This document shows, piece by piece, positions 36,722 through 46,859 of a stretch of 51,600 nucleotides of DNA (position 1 is its first letter; the number at the start of each line of letters is the position of its first letter). The position numbers and the translations under genes were made by a program. This DNA comes from Candidatus Omnitrophota bacterium. GTDB lineage: Bacteria > Omnitrophota > Omnitrophia > Omnitrophales > Aquincolibacteriaceae. Under the pieces are notes generated by a model. It was not told the origin of the DNA and searched no databases. It saw nothing but the letters and a program-made list of their open reading frames with translations. Where the stretch lies: positions 1 through 51,600 of the forward strand of contig JAHQRI010000002.1 of the NCBI GenBank assembly GCA_019052695.1, given 5' to 3'.

Positions 36722-38803
36722 ATGGTTTCTCTTCCCAAGCGTTCCGCTGAACGCCTCAAGTTCGTGCGGGGCGTTTTTTTGTTTTGGGGTCTGACAACCC
36801 CCTTTTTTTTCCTGTGGCCCGCGGTCGCCGGAACGGCGGAGCCCAAAGAGACCTATGTCCAGCAGCTCGGGCCTGCTCCCGAAGATGAAACGTTGGACGT
36901 CATGCGCGTGTATGATTCCGTGGATCCCCGAAAACCTCTTTTAAACTCTACACGGTTCAAAGTCGTTGACGATTTTGCTTCGGGTGAACTCAGGAACCGG
37001 CTTGGGGGGAAGTGGGTCCTCAGGGGAGCAAAACAGAAAAAAGTCAGGGTGGAACATAGCAGGAGGGATTCGCGGGCGACACGGCCCAGTGGATCGCTGG
37101 ACATTAAAGTGGACCTCAAACGGGGAGAAAGATTATCCCTTACCAGCTCGCTGGAACGCCTTGACATGAGCCAGGCGTATTTTTTGGCGATGAAATGTAA
37201 GGTCGAGACCTCTCCGGAAATGCCGTTTGAGGGCCGGATCGGCGTTTCTCTGACGGATTGGGAGAACAGGACGGTGGTCCGGGACGTCACGGATGCATGC
37301 GTGGAGCCCGGACAATGGAACGACGCCGTCCTGCCGCTCTCGGTTTTTTACGGCATCGACCTGGACCAGCTGGGAAGGATCACGGTGACGGTCTCTGCCC
37401 CTGAAGGCAGGGCCCGGGGCAAGATCAGCGTTGATGAGATCGCTTTTTTCGGAAACGCGGAGGTCGGTTTCGAAAGCACCATCGATAACCTCAAGGGATT
37501 CCCCCGGGTGGTTTTTGATGAATCGCGCCGTCTTGAACTTTTGAAGACAGGGGACGATAAAAAGCTTCTCTTGGAGATCGCCAAGGACACCTACCGCTAT
37601 TTCGAAAACGGGGTGAGTCGGGAGAACCACCTGGTGTCCGACCACCTCAAGACCGGCGACTTTCCCATGGCGGCCATGTACACCTCGCCGACCAACATCG
37701 CGATGGACCTATTGGTGATCGCGGGGGCTGTGGAACTTGAGATCCTTACGGAGCAAGAAGGAGAAAAACGCGTTGATGCCATTCTCCGGACCCTAAAAAA
37801 ACTCCGCCGCTGGAAAGGTTTTTTTTATAACTTCTACGAAACAACGCGACTGCACGTTTCGAGGCCCTTCATCTCGAGCATTGATAATGCATGGCTCGCC
37901 ATCGCCCTGGCGGTCATGAGGCAGGCTTTCCCGGGCGAAGTCGGGCGGGCGGCTTCCGGACTGATCGAGGAGATGCATTTTCAGGAATTTCTGGATCCCG
38001 AGAACAACCATCTCGTGATCGGTTATGACGCCGAGCGCGAAGCCTTCACGCCTTATCACTACGGGATGCTGGCGACCGAAGCGCGCGCGATGAGTTTTTT
38101 TGCGATCGGGAAAGGCGACCTGCCTCCCGAACACTGGTGGTACCTTTACCGCACGGCCCCCGAGGCGTGGGAGTGGCAGAGCCAACGACCTCGAGGGAAG
38201 TGGGAGGACCGCGACGGCGTGCATTACTTTCAGGGCTATTATGAGGTCGACGGGAAAAAGTTCGTGCCGAGCTGGGGAGGATCTTTGTTCGAATTCCTGA
38301 TGCCGACACTAGTGATCGATGAAAAAACTCACGCTAAAAAATCTTTGGGTCTCAACAATAAAATCGCCACCGAACTTCACAGAGACTATGCCCTGAAGGA
38401 AAGGAACTACCCGCTTTGGGGGATCTCTCCCGCGGCAACGGCAAGCGGGCGGCGGTGGGCCTACGGCGAATACGGTCGTAAAGAACTGGGGGTCAAGGGT
38501 TATCCCGACAAAGGGGTGGTGACGCCTTACGCGGGATTTCTTGCGTTGGAAACGCTCCCGCAGGACGCGATCCGAAATATCCGCAAGTGGCTGTCTTTCA
38601 GGGCCTACGGCGAATATGGTTTTTACGACACCCTCACTTTCCCGGGAGAGAAAGTGAACAGTCAGTACCTGGCCTTGGACCAGGGCATGATCTTTGTGGC
38701 GATAACGAATTATCTCACGAAAGGCGCTATCCAAGACTTGTTCCACAAGGATGCCGTCGCTCAAAAAGGAACGGCCCTGCTTAAAAAGGAAGAGTTTTTT
38801 TAA
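36722..38803 (+). CDS. Secreted glucoamylase-like / DUF3131 (GH144-type endo-beta-1,2-glucanase-like) protein with N-terminal CBM-like domain
   Basis: ORF 36416..38803 trimmed to the ATG at 36722, which gives a signal peptide (FLFWGLTTPFFFLWPAVAGTAEP). The N-terminal region VVDDFASGEL...ISVDEIAFFG resembles a CBM11/CIA30-like beta-sandwich. C-terminal motifs are YPLWGISPAA, YGEYGFYDT and ALDQGMIFVAITNYL, typical of DUF3131/GH144 proteins. Confidence 0.65.
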   Translation: MVSLPKRSAERLKFVRGVFLFWGLTTPFFFLWPAVAGTAEPKETYVQQLGPAPEDETLDVMRVYDSVDPRKPLLNSTRFKVVDDFASGELRNRLGGKWVLRGAKQKKVRVEHSRRDSRATRPSGSLDIKVDLKRGERLSLTSSLERLDMSQAYFLAMKCKVETSPEMPFEGRIGVSLTDWENRTVVRDVTDACVEPGQWNDAVLPLSVFYGIDLDQLGRITVTVSAPEGRARGKISVDEIAFFGNAEVGFESTIDNLKGFPRVVFDESRRLELLKTGDDKKLLLEIAKDTYRYFENGVSRENHLVSDHLKTGDFPMAAMYTSPTNIAMDLLVIAGAVELEILTEQEGEKRVDAILRTLKKLRRWKGFFYNFYETTRLHVSRPFISSIDNAWLAIALAVMRQAFPGEVGRAASGLIEEMHFQEFLDPENNHLVIGYDAEREAFTPYHYGMLATEARAMSFFAIGKGDLPPEHWWYLYRTAPEAWEWQSQRPRGKWEDRDGVHYFQGYYEVDGKKFVPSWGGSLFEFLMPTLVIDEKTHAKKSLGLNNKIATELHRDYALKERNYPLWGISPAATASGRRWAYGEYGRKELGVKGYPDKGVVTPYAGFLALETLPQDAIRNIRKWLSFRAYGEYGFYDTLTFPGEKVNSQYLALDQGMIFVAITNYLTKGAIQDLFHKDAVAQKGTALLKKEEFF

Positions 38804-39196
38804 GGACGAGCGAAAAAATTTCGAGACTTTTTAAAATAAAAAACAAAGGGCCTTGCCCGGGACGCTTTGACCACTCGTTCCAGACGGCGGCGTTTTCTTC
38901 TCCCCATGACCGAATAATACCCCGGATTTATCAAAAGTTGCTCGCTGTACATGGTCGCCATAAAAAGTTCAGTGGAAGTCAGAACCGCTAAAGCCATGAG
39001 TAACCCGCACGCCGATTTTGAGGATGAAATACGCTCACGAACCTGAATCTATGCGAGGAAAATGCGTTTTAGGATCCAAGAATTAATCCTTTGAAAAAGC
39101 ATATTGTAGAGTTAAAATGAGCGCACTAAGCAGTACTTATATAGCGTTATACGAACATTTTATGAAAAATATCCAGTCAAAAGGAGCTTGAAGATC

Positions 39197-40414
39197 ATGG
39201 TGATAAAACAGATGCTCAAGGACCGAATTTTAACAGATAAAGAGCGAAAAAATCTTGCCATTTTAGAAGTCATACGCAAGAACGGGCCCATTTCGAGGAC
39301 GGATATTTCGAAGCTGACGGAGCTTAACATCGTCACGGTTTCGAACTATGCGAGTCATTACATCAAAAAAGGGCTTGTGATCGAAGGGGAGCTGGACGAA
39401 TCGACCGGTGGTCGCAAACCGGTGCTTGTGGAGCTGAACCCGAAGGCCGGGTACATCGTGGGCGTCGGGTTAAATATGATGAGCATGGTCGGAGTGCTCG
39501 TGGACCTTGAGATCAATGTGATCACGGAAGTCAAACGCGAACGGCTTCCCGAGAATTCAGAAAAAGTGATCAGTCTGATGGTGGACCTGGCGGCCGAGAT
39601 CATTGAAAAGGCCGAGATCGATAAAAGCAAGATCATCGGTGTCGGTGTCGGCGTCCCGGGCATCATTGACGAGCGCGGCAGGACGATCCGGTGGCCTCAG
39701 AGCCTGGGGGATAAGGACGTTTCGGTGTGCTCTTCCATCAAGGATACCTTCGAAAAGCGATTGAACATCCCGACGATCGTGGAGAACGACGCGAACGCCG
39801 CGGTGCTTGGAGAGAAATGGCTGGGCCTGGACCGGGACGTGCGGCATATGATCTACATGTTCTCGGGGGTCGGTTGCGGGATCCTCGTGAACGAAGAGAT
39901 CTATCGGGGGGCGAACGGGGCGGCGGGAGAGCTCGGCATCATGAGCCCCCACGTGAGCAAGGAGGCTTCCTTAAAAATGGCGACCCAGCTCGGGCGTTGG
40001 GAAATGGACATCGGGATGCTGCGGCACGCGCGCGAAAGGATCGAAAAAGGCGAGGCGACATCCCTCAAAGATTATGTCGGCGGCGACCTCTCTAAGCTGA
40101 CCTTCAAGGACATTGTCCGCGGCGTTCGCGAGAAAGATTCCCTCACGCTTAAAGTGGTCGATCAGGCCGGGCAGGACCTCGGGAAGAAGATCGCCTTTAT
40201 CGTGAATCTTTTCAACCCTGAGGTCGTGGTGATCGGCGGCGGGGTGGAGGATTGCGGGGCCCCTCTCCTTGACTCGATCAAAGGCGCCGTGAAAGAGTGG
40301 GCGGCGGAGGAATCCTCTTCCCAGGTCAAGATCATCCCCTCGGCCTTTGGCGAGAACGCGGTTGCTTTGGGCGTTGTCGGCATCGTCGCGCGCGAGATAT
40401 TCGCTCAGGCTTGA
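39197..40414 (+). CDS. ROK-family transcriptional regulator (winged-helix + sugar-kinase fold)
   Basis: ORF 39188 (TTG) trimmed to the ATG at 39197, with SD aaggag 10 nt upstream. The HTH is ILEVIRKNGPISRTDISKLTELNIVTVSNY. ROK motifs are GVGLN and GANGAAGELG. Confidence 0.85.
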   Translation: MVIKQMLKDRILTDKERKNLAILEVIRKNGPISRTDISKLTELNIVTVSNYASHYIKKGLVIEGELDESTGGRKPVLVELNPKAGYIVGVGLNMMSMVGVLVDLEINVITEVKRERLPENSEKVISLMVDLAAEIIEKAEIDKSKIIGVGVGVPGIIDERGRTIRWPQSLGDKDVSVCSSIKDTFEKRLNIPTIVENDANAAVLGEKWLGLDRDVRHMIYMFSGVGCGILVNEEIYRGANGAAGELGIMSPHVSKEASLKMATQLGRWEMDIGMLRHARERIEKGEATSLKDYVGGDLSKLTFKDIVRGVREKDSLTLKVVDQAGQDLGKKIAFIVNLFNPEVVVIGGGVEDCGAPLLDSIKGAVKEWAAEESSSQVKIIPSAFGENAVALGVVGIVAREIFAQA

Positions 40415-40440
40415 GCCGTGGGCTCGATCCTGGGGTCTTT

Positions 40441-41463
40441 ATGATGCCTTTGATCCAGGAGCTTCGGGAGAGGGTTCTTGCCGGCGGCGAGATTTCTTTT
40501 GACGAGGCGATGAACCTTGTTGCGATCGAGAGCATCCAAGAGGCGGATGAACTTTCGGCCGCTGCGCATGAGATCGCCCGGCATTTTTGTCCTTCCGAAC
40601 CCGACCTTTGCTCCCTGATCAACGCCAAGAGCTACCTTTGTTCCGAGGATTGCGGGTTCTGCTCGCAATCCTCCCACTACAAGACCGGCGTCAAGCGTTA
40701 CCCCCTTTTAAACCCGGAAAACATCCTCCAAGCGGCCAAGCGCATTGAAGAGGCCGGCGTGCAGAGCTTTTGCGTGGTCACGAGCGGAGAGACCCTTAGC
40801 GATGCTGAGTTTGAGCAGGTCCTTAAGACCTACCGTCTGTTGAATGCCGAAACAGGCCTCCGTCTTGACGGCTCCCTGGGAAACCTGACCCCGGGTCAGA
40901 TCGGGAAGTTGAAGGAGGCCGGACTGCGTCGCTTCAACCACAATTTACAATGCTCAAGGGAATTCTACCCAAAGATCGTTTCGACCCATTCTTATGATAA
41001 GAGAAAAGAAACGCTGGCTTTCTTGGTGGAGAACGGTGTCGAGATCTGTTCCGGCGGAATCTTCGGGATGGGGGAATCGCGGAAGGACCGGATCAAGCTG
41101 GCTTTTGAGCTGAAGGATTATCCCCTTCATTGTCTTCCGATCAACATTCTGAACCCGCGTCCGGGGACGCCCCTTCAAGGCCAGGACCCGCTCGATCCCT
41201 TTGAGATCGTCAAGACCGTCGCGGTCTATCGTTTCGTTCACCCCCGGGCTAACATTAAACTGGCAGGAGGAAGGGAGCTCAATCTCGGGCTGTACTTTCA
41301 GGAAAAAGTGATGTGCGGTGGCGCGAACGGGCTCGTGGTCGGGGGTTATTTGACGACGGGCGGGAACCCCTTGGGGGAAGATCTCACGTTGCTTGAACGG
41401 GCGGGATTCTCTGTGCCGCGCGCCAAAGAAAATCCCTGTGTTCCCATGCCTAACCCGAAATAA
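40441..41463 (+). CDS. bioB: Biotin synthase (radical SAM)
   Basis: ORF trimmed to the ATG at 40441. The radical SAM motif is CSEDCGFCSQS (CxxxCxxC). Other matches are NHNL, ICSGGIFGMGE and KLAGGRE, and by eye it is collinear with E. coli BioB. Confidence 0.9.
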   Translation: MMPLIQELRERVLAGGEISFDEAMNLVAIESIQEADELSAAAHEIARHFCPSEPDLCSLINAKSYLCSEDCGFCSQSSHYKTGVKRYPLLNPENILQAAKRIEEAGVQSFCVVTSGETLSDAEFEQVLKTYRLLNAETGLRLDGSLGNLTPGQIGKLKEAGLRRFNHNLQCSREFYPKIVSTHSYDKRKETLAFLVENGVEICSGGIFGMGESRKDRIKLAFELKDYPLHCLPINILNPRPGTPLQGQDPLDPFEIVKTVAVYRFVHPRANIKLAGGRELNLGLYFQEKVMCGGANGLVVGGYLTTGGNPLGEDLTLLERAGFSVPRAKENPCVPMPNPK

Positions 41464-41499
41464 ACCATTTCATTGCCTTTGGAACCCTTGCTTCAAGAG

Positions 41500-42210
41500 A
41501 TGTCCATTTTGATCACGGGAGGCACCAGCCGACTGGGTCGGGCCTTTGTCCGAAAAGCGCTTCAACAAGGGGCACGCGTTTTTTTCACTTATCATCGGTC
41601 CGCGTCAGTTGCCCGCGACCTCCAAAATGCGGGAGCCCGCGGTTATCTGCTTGATCTCGCCGATATGGCAGCCATCCGAAGCTTTGCCGCCGCTTTCCAA
41701 AAAGAAGCCGGGTCCTTGGATGTCTTGATCCACAACGCGGCGGCGACCGCAGACGCGCTTATCGAACGGATGGCGGAAACAGAATGGGACCGCGTCCTGG
41801 CCGTGAATCTCAAGGCCCCGTTCTATCTGACCCGGCAGCTCCTTCCACTTCTGTTAATGAAGGAGCGACCCAGCAAAGTTTTTACGCTGGTAAGCCGGGC
41901 GGGCCTGAGCGGCCTGCACGGGGCCGTCAACTATGCCGCGTCAAAGGGAGGTTTGATCGCCATGACCAAGACGCTCGCCAAGGAGCTCGCTCGGAATCAA
42001 ATCCTGGTCAATGCGATCAACCCCGGTTTTATGAAAAGCGCCATGACAGAGAACATTCCCGGTGCTATTTTCGAAAAAAGTCTGGACGAGAGCCCTCTCA
42101 AAGCCTTTTCCGACCCCGACGAGGTAGCTGATTTCATGGTGTACCTTTCCTCCCGTCGTATGCGGCAGGTGACGGGACAAGTCTTTCATTTTGAATCCCG
42201 CCCGATATAG
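41500..42210 (+). CDS. Short-chain dehydrogenase/reductase, 3-oxoacyl-ACP reductase (FabG)-like
   Basis: ORF 41473 (TTG) or the ATG at 41500 (MSILITGGTSRLG). Motifs are TGGxxxxG, NAA and the catalytic YAASK. Confidence 0.8.
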   Translation: MSILITGGTSRLGRAFVRKALQQGARVFFTYHRSASVARDLQNAGARGYLLDLADMAAIRSFAAAFQKEAGSLDVLIHNAAATADALIERMAETEWDRVLAVNLKAPFYLTRQLLPLLLMKERPSKVFTLVSRAGLSGLHGAVNYAASKGGLIAMTKTLAKELARNQILVNAINPGFMKSAMTENIPGAIFEKSLDESPLKAFSDPDEVADFMVYLSSRRMRQVTGQVFHFESRPI

Positions 42211-42269
42211 GATAAAATCCTTCCCGGACCTCTTTCGGCGGACCCTATCATTAAAGGAAACCTTACGCA

Positions 42270-43475
42270 ATGAACCGGCGTGTCGTAGTCACGGGGATGG
42301 GAGTTCTTTCTCCCATCGGGGATACCGTCGCGACGTTCCTGGAAAGCTTGAAAAAAGGCACCTGCGGCAAAGAAACGGCACCGTTTTCCGAGGTCGAAGG
42401 TCACAAATTCCCGCCCCTTTTTCGCCTGAAGAACTTTAACCCCCGCCCGTACGGGACCCACCTACTCGATCCTTTTATCCAATACGCTGTCGCGGCCGCT
42501 GAACATGCGGTCGCGGACGCGCGATTCGATCTGAAGGCCGCGGACCCCTACCGTATCGGGCTTTCGGTGAGTTCCAGCAAGGGGGGGGTCTGGTCGCTCG
42601 GCCGTCTTGAAGAACGTTTCCGGAGGGCGCCCAGCGCGATTCTGGGGGCCAGAATGTACACCAGTGCGGTCCCGAATTTTGCGGACCAATGGATCGCGCG
42701 GCGCATGAAAATACAAGGTCCCGCGAAATGTTACGTTGCGGCTTGCGCGACCGGGACTGTGGCGACCATCGCGGGATTCCGCATGGTGGCTGAGGGCCAG
42801 GCGGACTATTGCTTGGCGGGAGCGACGGATGCGTCGATCACGCCGCTCATGCTTGGGGGCTATCGGAACATGGGCGCGTTGGCTCAAAAGGACCTTCGTC
42901 CCTTCGACAAGGACCGTGACGGCTTTTTGGTCGGAGAGGGGGCCGGCGTGATGTTCTTGGAGACGTTTGAAAGCGCGAAGGGGCGCGGGGTGAAGATCTA
43001 CGGCGAGATCCTCGAAGCGGCGCACGGGCAAGACAGTCGAAACGCCATCCTTTTTGACCCGAAGGAACACGCGTTGTCTCGGACGCTCAACGTTCTTCTG
43101 CGGCGGTCGGGGATTTCTCCGGGAGAGATCGGTTACATCAACCTGCACGGAACGGGGACGAAACACGGGGACCGCTACGAGACTCTGGAATTAAAAGAAG
43201 CTTTAGGCGGTCAAGTCTACAAGATCCCGGTGAGCTCGACCAAAGGGATGACAGGGCACATGCTCGGGGCGACGGGCGCCGTTGAGATCATGGCAACGCT
43301 GCTTGCCATGACGGAAGGATTTGTGCCCCCGACGGTCGGGCTTGCGGCCGAAGACCCCGAATGCGACCTGGACTATGTCCCGCGGAACATGCGACCTTGC
43401 CGGTTCGATACCGCGATCAAGGTTTCGATGGGGTTCGGCGGGCAGGTTGCGGCTATCGCGCTCCGCAAACCATGA
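42270..43475 (+). CDS. Beta-ketoacyl-ACP synthase I/II (FabF/FabB)-like condensing enzyme
   Basis: 401 aa. MNRRVVVTGMGVLSPIG starts the protein. The active-site Cys is in AACATG, and the two His are in HGTGT and GHMLGATG (Cys-His-His elongating-KAS triad). The stop overlaps the bioF ATG (ATGA). Confidence 0.85.
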   Translation: MNRRVVVTGMGVLSPIGDTVATFLESLKKGTCGKETAPFSEVEGHKFPPLFRLKNFNPRPYGTHLLDPFIQYAVAAAEHAVADARFDLKAADPYRIGLSVSSSKGGVWSLGRLEERFRRAPSAILGARMYTSAVPNFADQWIARRMKIQGPAKCYVAACATGTVATIAGFRMVAEGQADYCLAGATDASITPLMLGGYRNMGALAQKDLRPFDKDRDGFLVGEGAGVMFLETFESAKGRGVKIYGEILEAAHGQDSRNAILFDPKEHALSRTLNVLLRRSGISPGEIGYINLHGTGTKHGDRYETLELKEALGGQVYKIPVSSTKGMTGHMLGATGAVEIMATLLAMTEGFVPPTVGLAAEDPECDLDYVPRNMRPCRFDTAIKVSMGFGGQVAAIALRKP

Positions 43476-44638
43476 TGAAACACAGCCTGCAGCAGGAACT
43501 CAACGGGTTGATCGAAAAGGACCTTTACCGCGAACTTCGCGTCCTGGAGTCCCGGGACCCGACCCGGGCCCGGTTCGAAGGAAGGGAGATGTTGCTTTTC
43601 TGCGGCAACGATTACCTGGGGTTGAGCCGCCATCCCCGGGTGGTGAAAGCGGCCCGTGACGCCTTTGAGAAATGCGGGGTCGGGGCCGGGGCCGCGCGCC
43701 TCATTTCGGGGACCTTCCCGGATCACCGCAAGCTTGAGGAAAGGATCGCACGGTTCAAAAGGAAGGAAGCAGCGATCGTTTTTGCCACAGGGTTCCTCGC
43801 GAACCTCGGCATTCTCACCGCTTTTGCCGGTGACGAAGATGTGATCATTATGGATAAACTGTGTCATGCCTCTCTTGTGGACGGGGCAAGGCTCTCGGGT
43901 GCCGCGCTCCGGGTCTTTCCTCATAAAAATTACAGGGTGTGTGAAACGCTCCTCAAAAAGCATCAAACCGCGCGGCGGAGGATCCTCATCACGGAAGGCG
44001 TTTTCAGCATGGACGGCGATCTCGCAGACCTTGAGACCATGATCAGGATGAAAGAAAAATACGGGGCAATGCTTGTGGTTGATGACGCGCACGGTACGGG
44101 AGTGACCGGGGCCAGCGGGCGCGGGACCACCGAACCTTCGGGGGTGGCCGAAGGCGTCGACATCGTCATGGGGACACTCTCAAAAGCGATCGGCGGGCTC
44201 GGAGGATTCGTGGCGGCGGACCGCACGCTGATCGACTATCTCGTGAACTTTTCCAGGCCGTTCATCTTCGCGACAGCCCTCCCCCCCGCGCTTTGTGCGG
44301 CTGCTGAGGAGGCTTTTTGTTTAATTGAAGAGGAACCCGATTTGCGGCAAAAACTTTGGGAGAATATTCAGGCAGTCGAAGGGGAGTTGCGAAAGGCCGG
44401 GTTCTGTCCGGCGTCTGCCGCTTCAGCCATTCTCCCCGTGATCCTAGGCGAAGAAAAAAAAGCGATCCGTGCCTTTGAGGTCCTTCTCTCACGAGGCCTT
44501 TACGTTCCCGCGGTGAGATATCCCACCGTTCCGAAGGGGAAAGCGCGGCTGCGAGTGACCGTCAGCGCCGCGCATACGGAGCAAGATATTCGCGAGCTTA
44601 GTGACGCCTTGACTTATATTGAACGGCAAGGGTTTTAG
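43472..44638 (+). CDS. bioF: 8-amino-7-oxononanoate synthase
   Basis: ORF trimmed to the ATG at 43472. Motifs are LLFCGNDYLGL and DDAHGTGV, and the PLP-Lys context is GTLSKAIG. Confidence 0.88.
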   Translation: MMKHSLQQELNGLIEKDLYRELRVLESRDPTRARFEGREMLLFCGNDYLGLSRHPRVVKAARDAFEKCGVGAGAARLISGTFPDHRKLEERIARFKRKEAAIVFATGFLANLGILTAFAGDEDVIIMDKLCHASLVDGARLSGAALRVFPHKNYRVCETLLKKHQTARRRILITEGVFSMDGDLADLETMIRMKEKYGAMLVVDDAHGTGVTGASGRGTTEPSGVAEGVDIVMGTLSKAIGGLGGFVAADRTLIDYLVNFSRPFIFATALPPALCAAAEEAFCLIEEEPDLRQKLWENIQAVEGELRKAGFCPASAASAILPVILGEEKKAIRAFEVLLSRGLYVPAVRYPTVPKGKARLRVTVSAAHTEQDIRELSDALTYIERQGF

Positions 44639-44639
44639 A

Positions 44640-45998
44640 ATGACGAAAACGAGCTCCTGGGTGACGAAAGACCGGAAATATCTCTGGCATCCTTTCACGC
44701 AGATGAAGGACTGGCAGGTCGAGGAGGTTCCGGTCATTGAAAGGGCCGCGGGCTGCTATCTCATTGACACAAGAGGGAGGCGCTACCTTGACGGCGTTTC
44801 CTCGCTTTGGTGCAATGTGCACGGCCATCGTGTAAAGGCGCTGGACACGGCGATCAAAGCACAGCTGGGCCGGGTCGCACACAGCACCTTTCTGGGGTTG
44901 ACCCACCCGCCGGGCGTTGAACTCGCCGAAAAGCTTGTCCGGATCGCCCCCCGGGGTTTGACCCGGGTGTTTTATTCCGATTCGGGGTCCGAATCGGTGG
45001 AGATCGCCGTTAAGATGGCCTACCAATACTGGCAACAGCGCGGCAGACCGAAAAAAAAGAAGTTCGTCAAATTAACGAACGCCTACCACGGGGACACGGT
45101 AGGTTCCGTCAGCATCGGCGGGATCGAACTGTTCCACAAGCTCTACAAGCCGCTTCTGTTCGAGACCTTTACGGCGCCCTCTCCGTACCGTTACCGCTGG
45201 CCGACGGGGCCTGACCCGGTCCGGGTGAACCGGGAATCGCTGGACGTTCTGGAAGCGGTTCTAAAAAAAAATCATAAGGAGATCGCCGCATTCGTGATGG
45301 AGCCGCTGATGCAAGGAGCGGCCGGCATGATCGACCAGGCGGAAGGTTATATTTCCCGTGCGCGCCAATTGACTAAAAAGTATAATGTGCTCCTGATCTT
45401 TGATGAGGTCGCGACGGGTTTTGGCCGCACCGGAAAGATGTTCGCGGCCAACCATGAGAAGGTGACCCCCGACCTGATGGCGGTCGCCAAAGGGATTACG
45501 GGGGGGTATCTGCCCCTTGCGGCAACCTTAACGACAGAAGAGGTTTACGACGCTTTTCTGGGCGAATACGACAGCTTTAGAACGTTCTTTCACGGACACA
45601 CGTACACTGCGAACCCGTTGGCTTGCGCGGCAGCGATCGCGAATCTCGAACTTTTCAAGTCGCGTCAGATCTTGCGGGAGCTTAAGCCCAAAGTCGATCT
45701 GCTCAAGAAACGGCTCCGGGATTTTTACCGGCTAAAAAATGTCGGGGATGTCCGGCAGGTCGGTTTGATGGCCGGGATCGAATTGGTTCGCGATACAAGA
45801 ACCAAGACCCCATTCGAGCCACGCGAAAAGATCGGCGTTCGCGTCATTGAGCGGGCCCGAAAGAAGGGGGCGATCCTCAGGCCGCTCGGGGCGGTGATCG
45901 TGTTAATGCCGCCGCTGGGGATGAGCCAGACGGAACTTGGCCGGTTGCTGGAGATCACCTATGAAGCGATCGATGAGACCGCGAATGAAAGGAACTAG
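44640..45998 (+). CDS. bioA: Adenosylmethionine-8-amino-7-oxononanoate aminotransferase
   Basis: ORF trimmed to the ATG at 44640. Motifs are YLWHPFTQM, SDSGSESVEIAVKMA, FDEVATGFGRTG and AKGITGGYLPL. Confidence 0.9.
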   Translation: MTKTSSWVTKDRKYLWHPFTQMKDWQVEEVPVIERAAGCYLIDTRGRRYLDGVSSLWCNVHGHRVKALDTAIKAQLGRVAHSTFLGLTHPPGVELAEKLVRIAPRGLTRVFYSDSGSESVEIAVKMAYQYWQQRGRPKKKKFVKLTNAYHGDTVGSVSIGGIELFHKLYKPLLFETFTAPSPYRYRWPTGPDPVRVNRESLDVLEAVLKKNHKEIAAFVMEPLMQGAAGMIDQAEGYISRARQLTKKYNVLLIFDEVATGFGRTGKMFAANHEKVTPDLMAVAKGITGGYLPLAATLTTEEVYDAFLGEYDSFRTFFHGHTYTANPLACAAAIANLELFKSRQILRELKPKVDLLKKRLRDFYRLKNVGDVRQVGLMAGIELVRDTRTKTPFEPREKIGVRVIERARKKGAILRPLGAVIVLMPPLGMSQTELGRLLEITYEAIDETANERN

Positions 45999-46030
45999 CC
46001 CAGTGTTCAGCCCGGCAGGTCCGACGGTGA

Positions 46031-46831
<801 letters not shown>

Positions 46832-46859
46832 GGTCCTGACAACCCGAGAGGAATGAACC

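Noticed and set aside
38804-39196. 393-bp AT-rich gap upstream of the ROK gene, including a 31-codon ORF at 38951..39046 and a 65-aa minus ORF at 38800..38997
   Set aside because: I could see no SD, no motifs and no obvious repeats or stable hairpins. It is most simply a promoter/operator region for the ROK regulator. There is not enough evidence to call a gene or an RNA.
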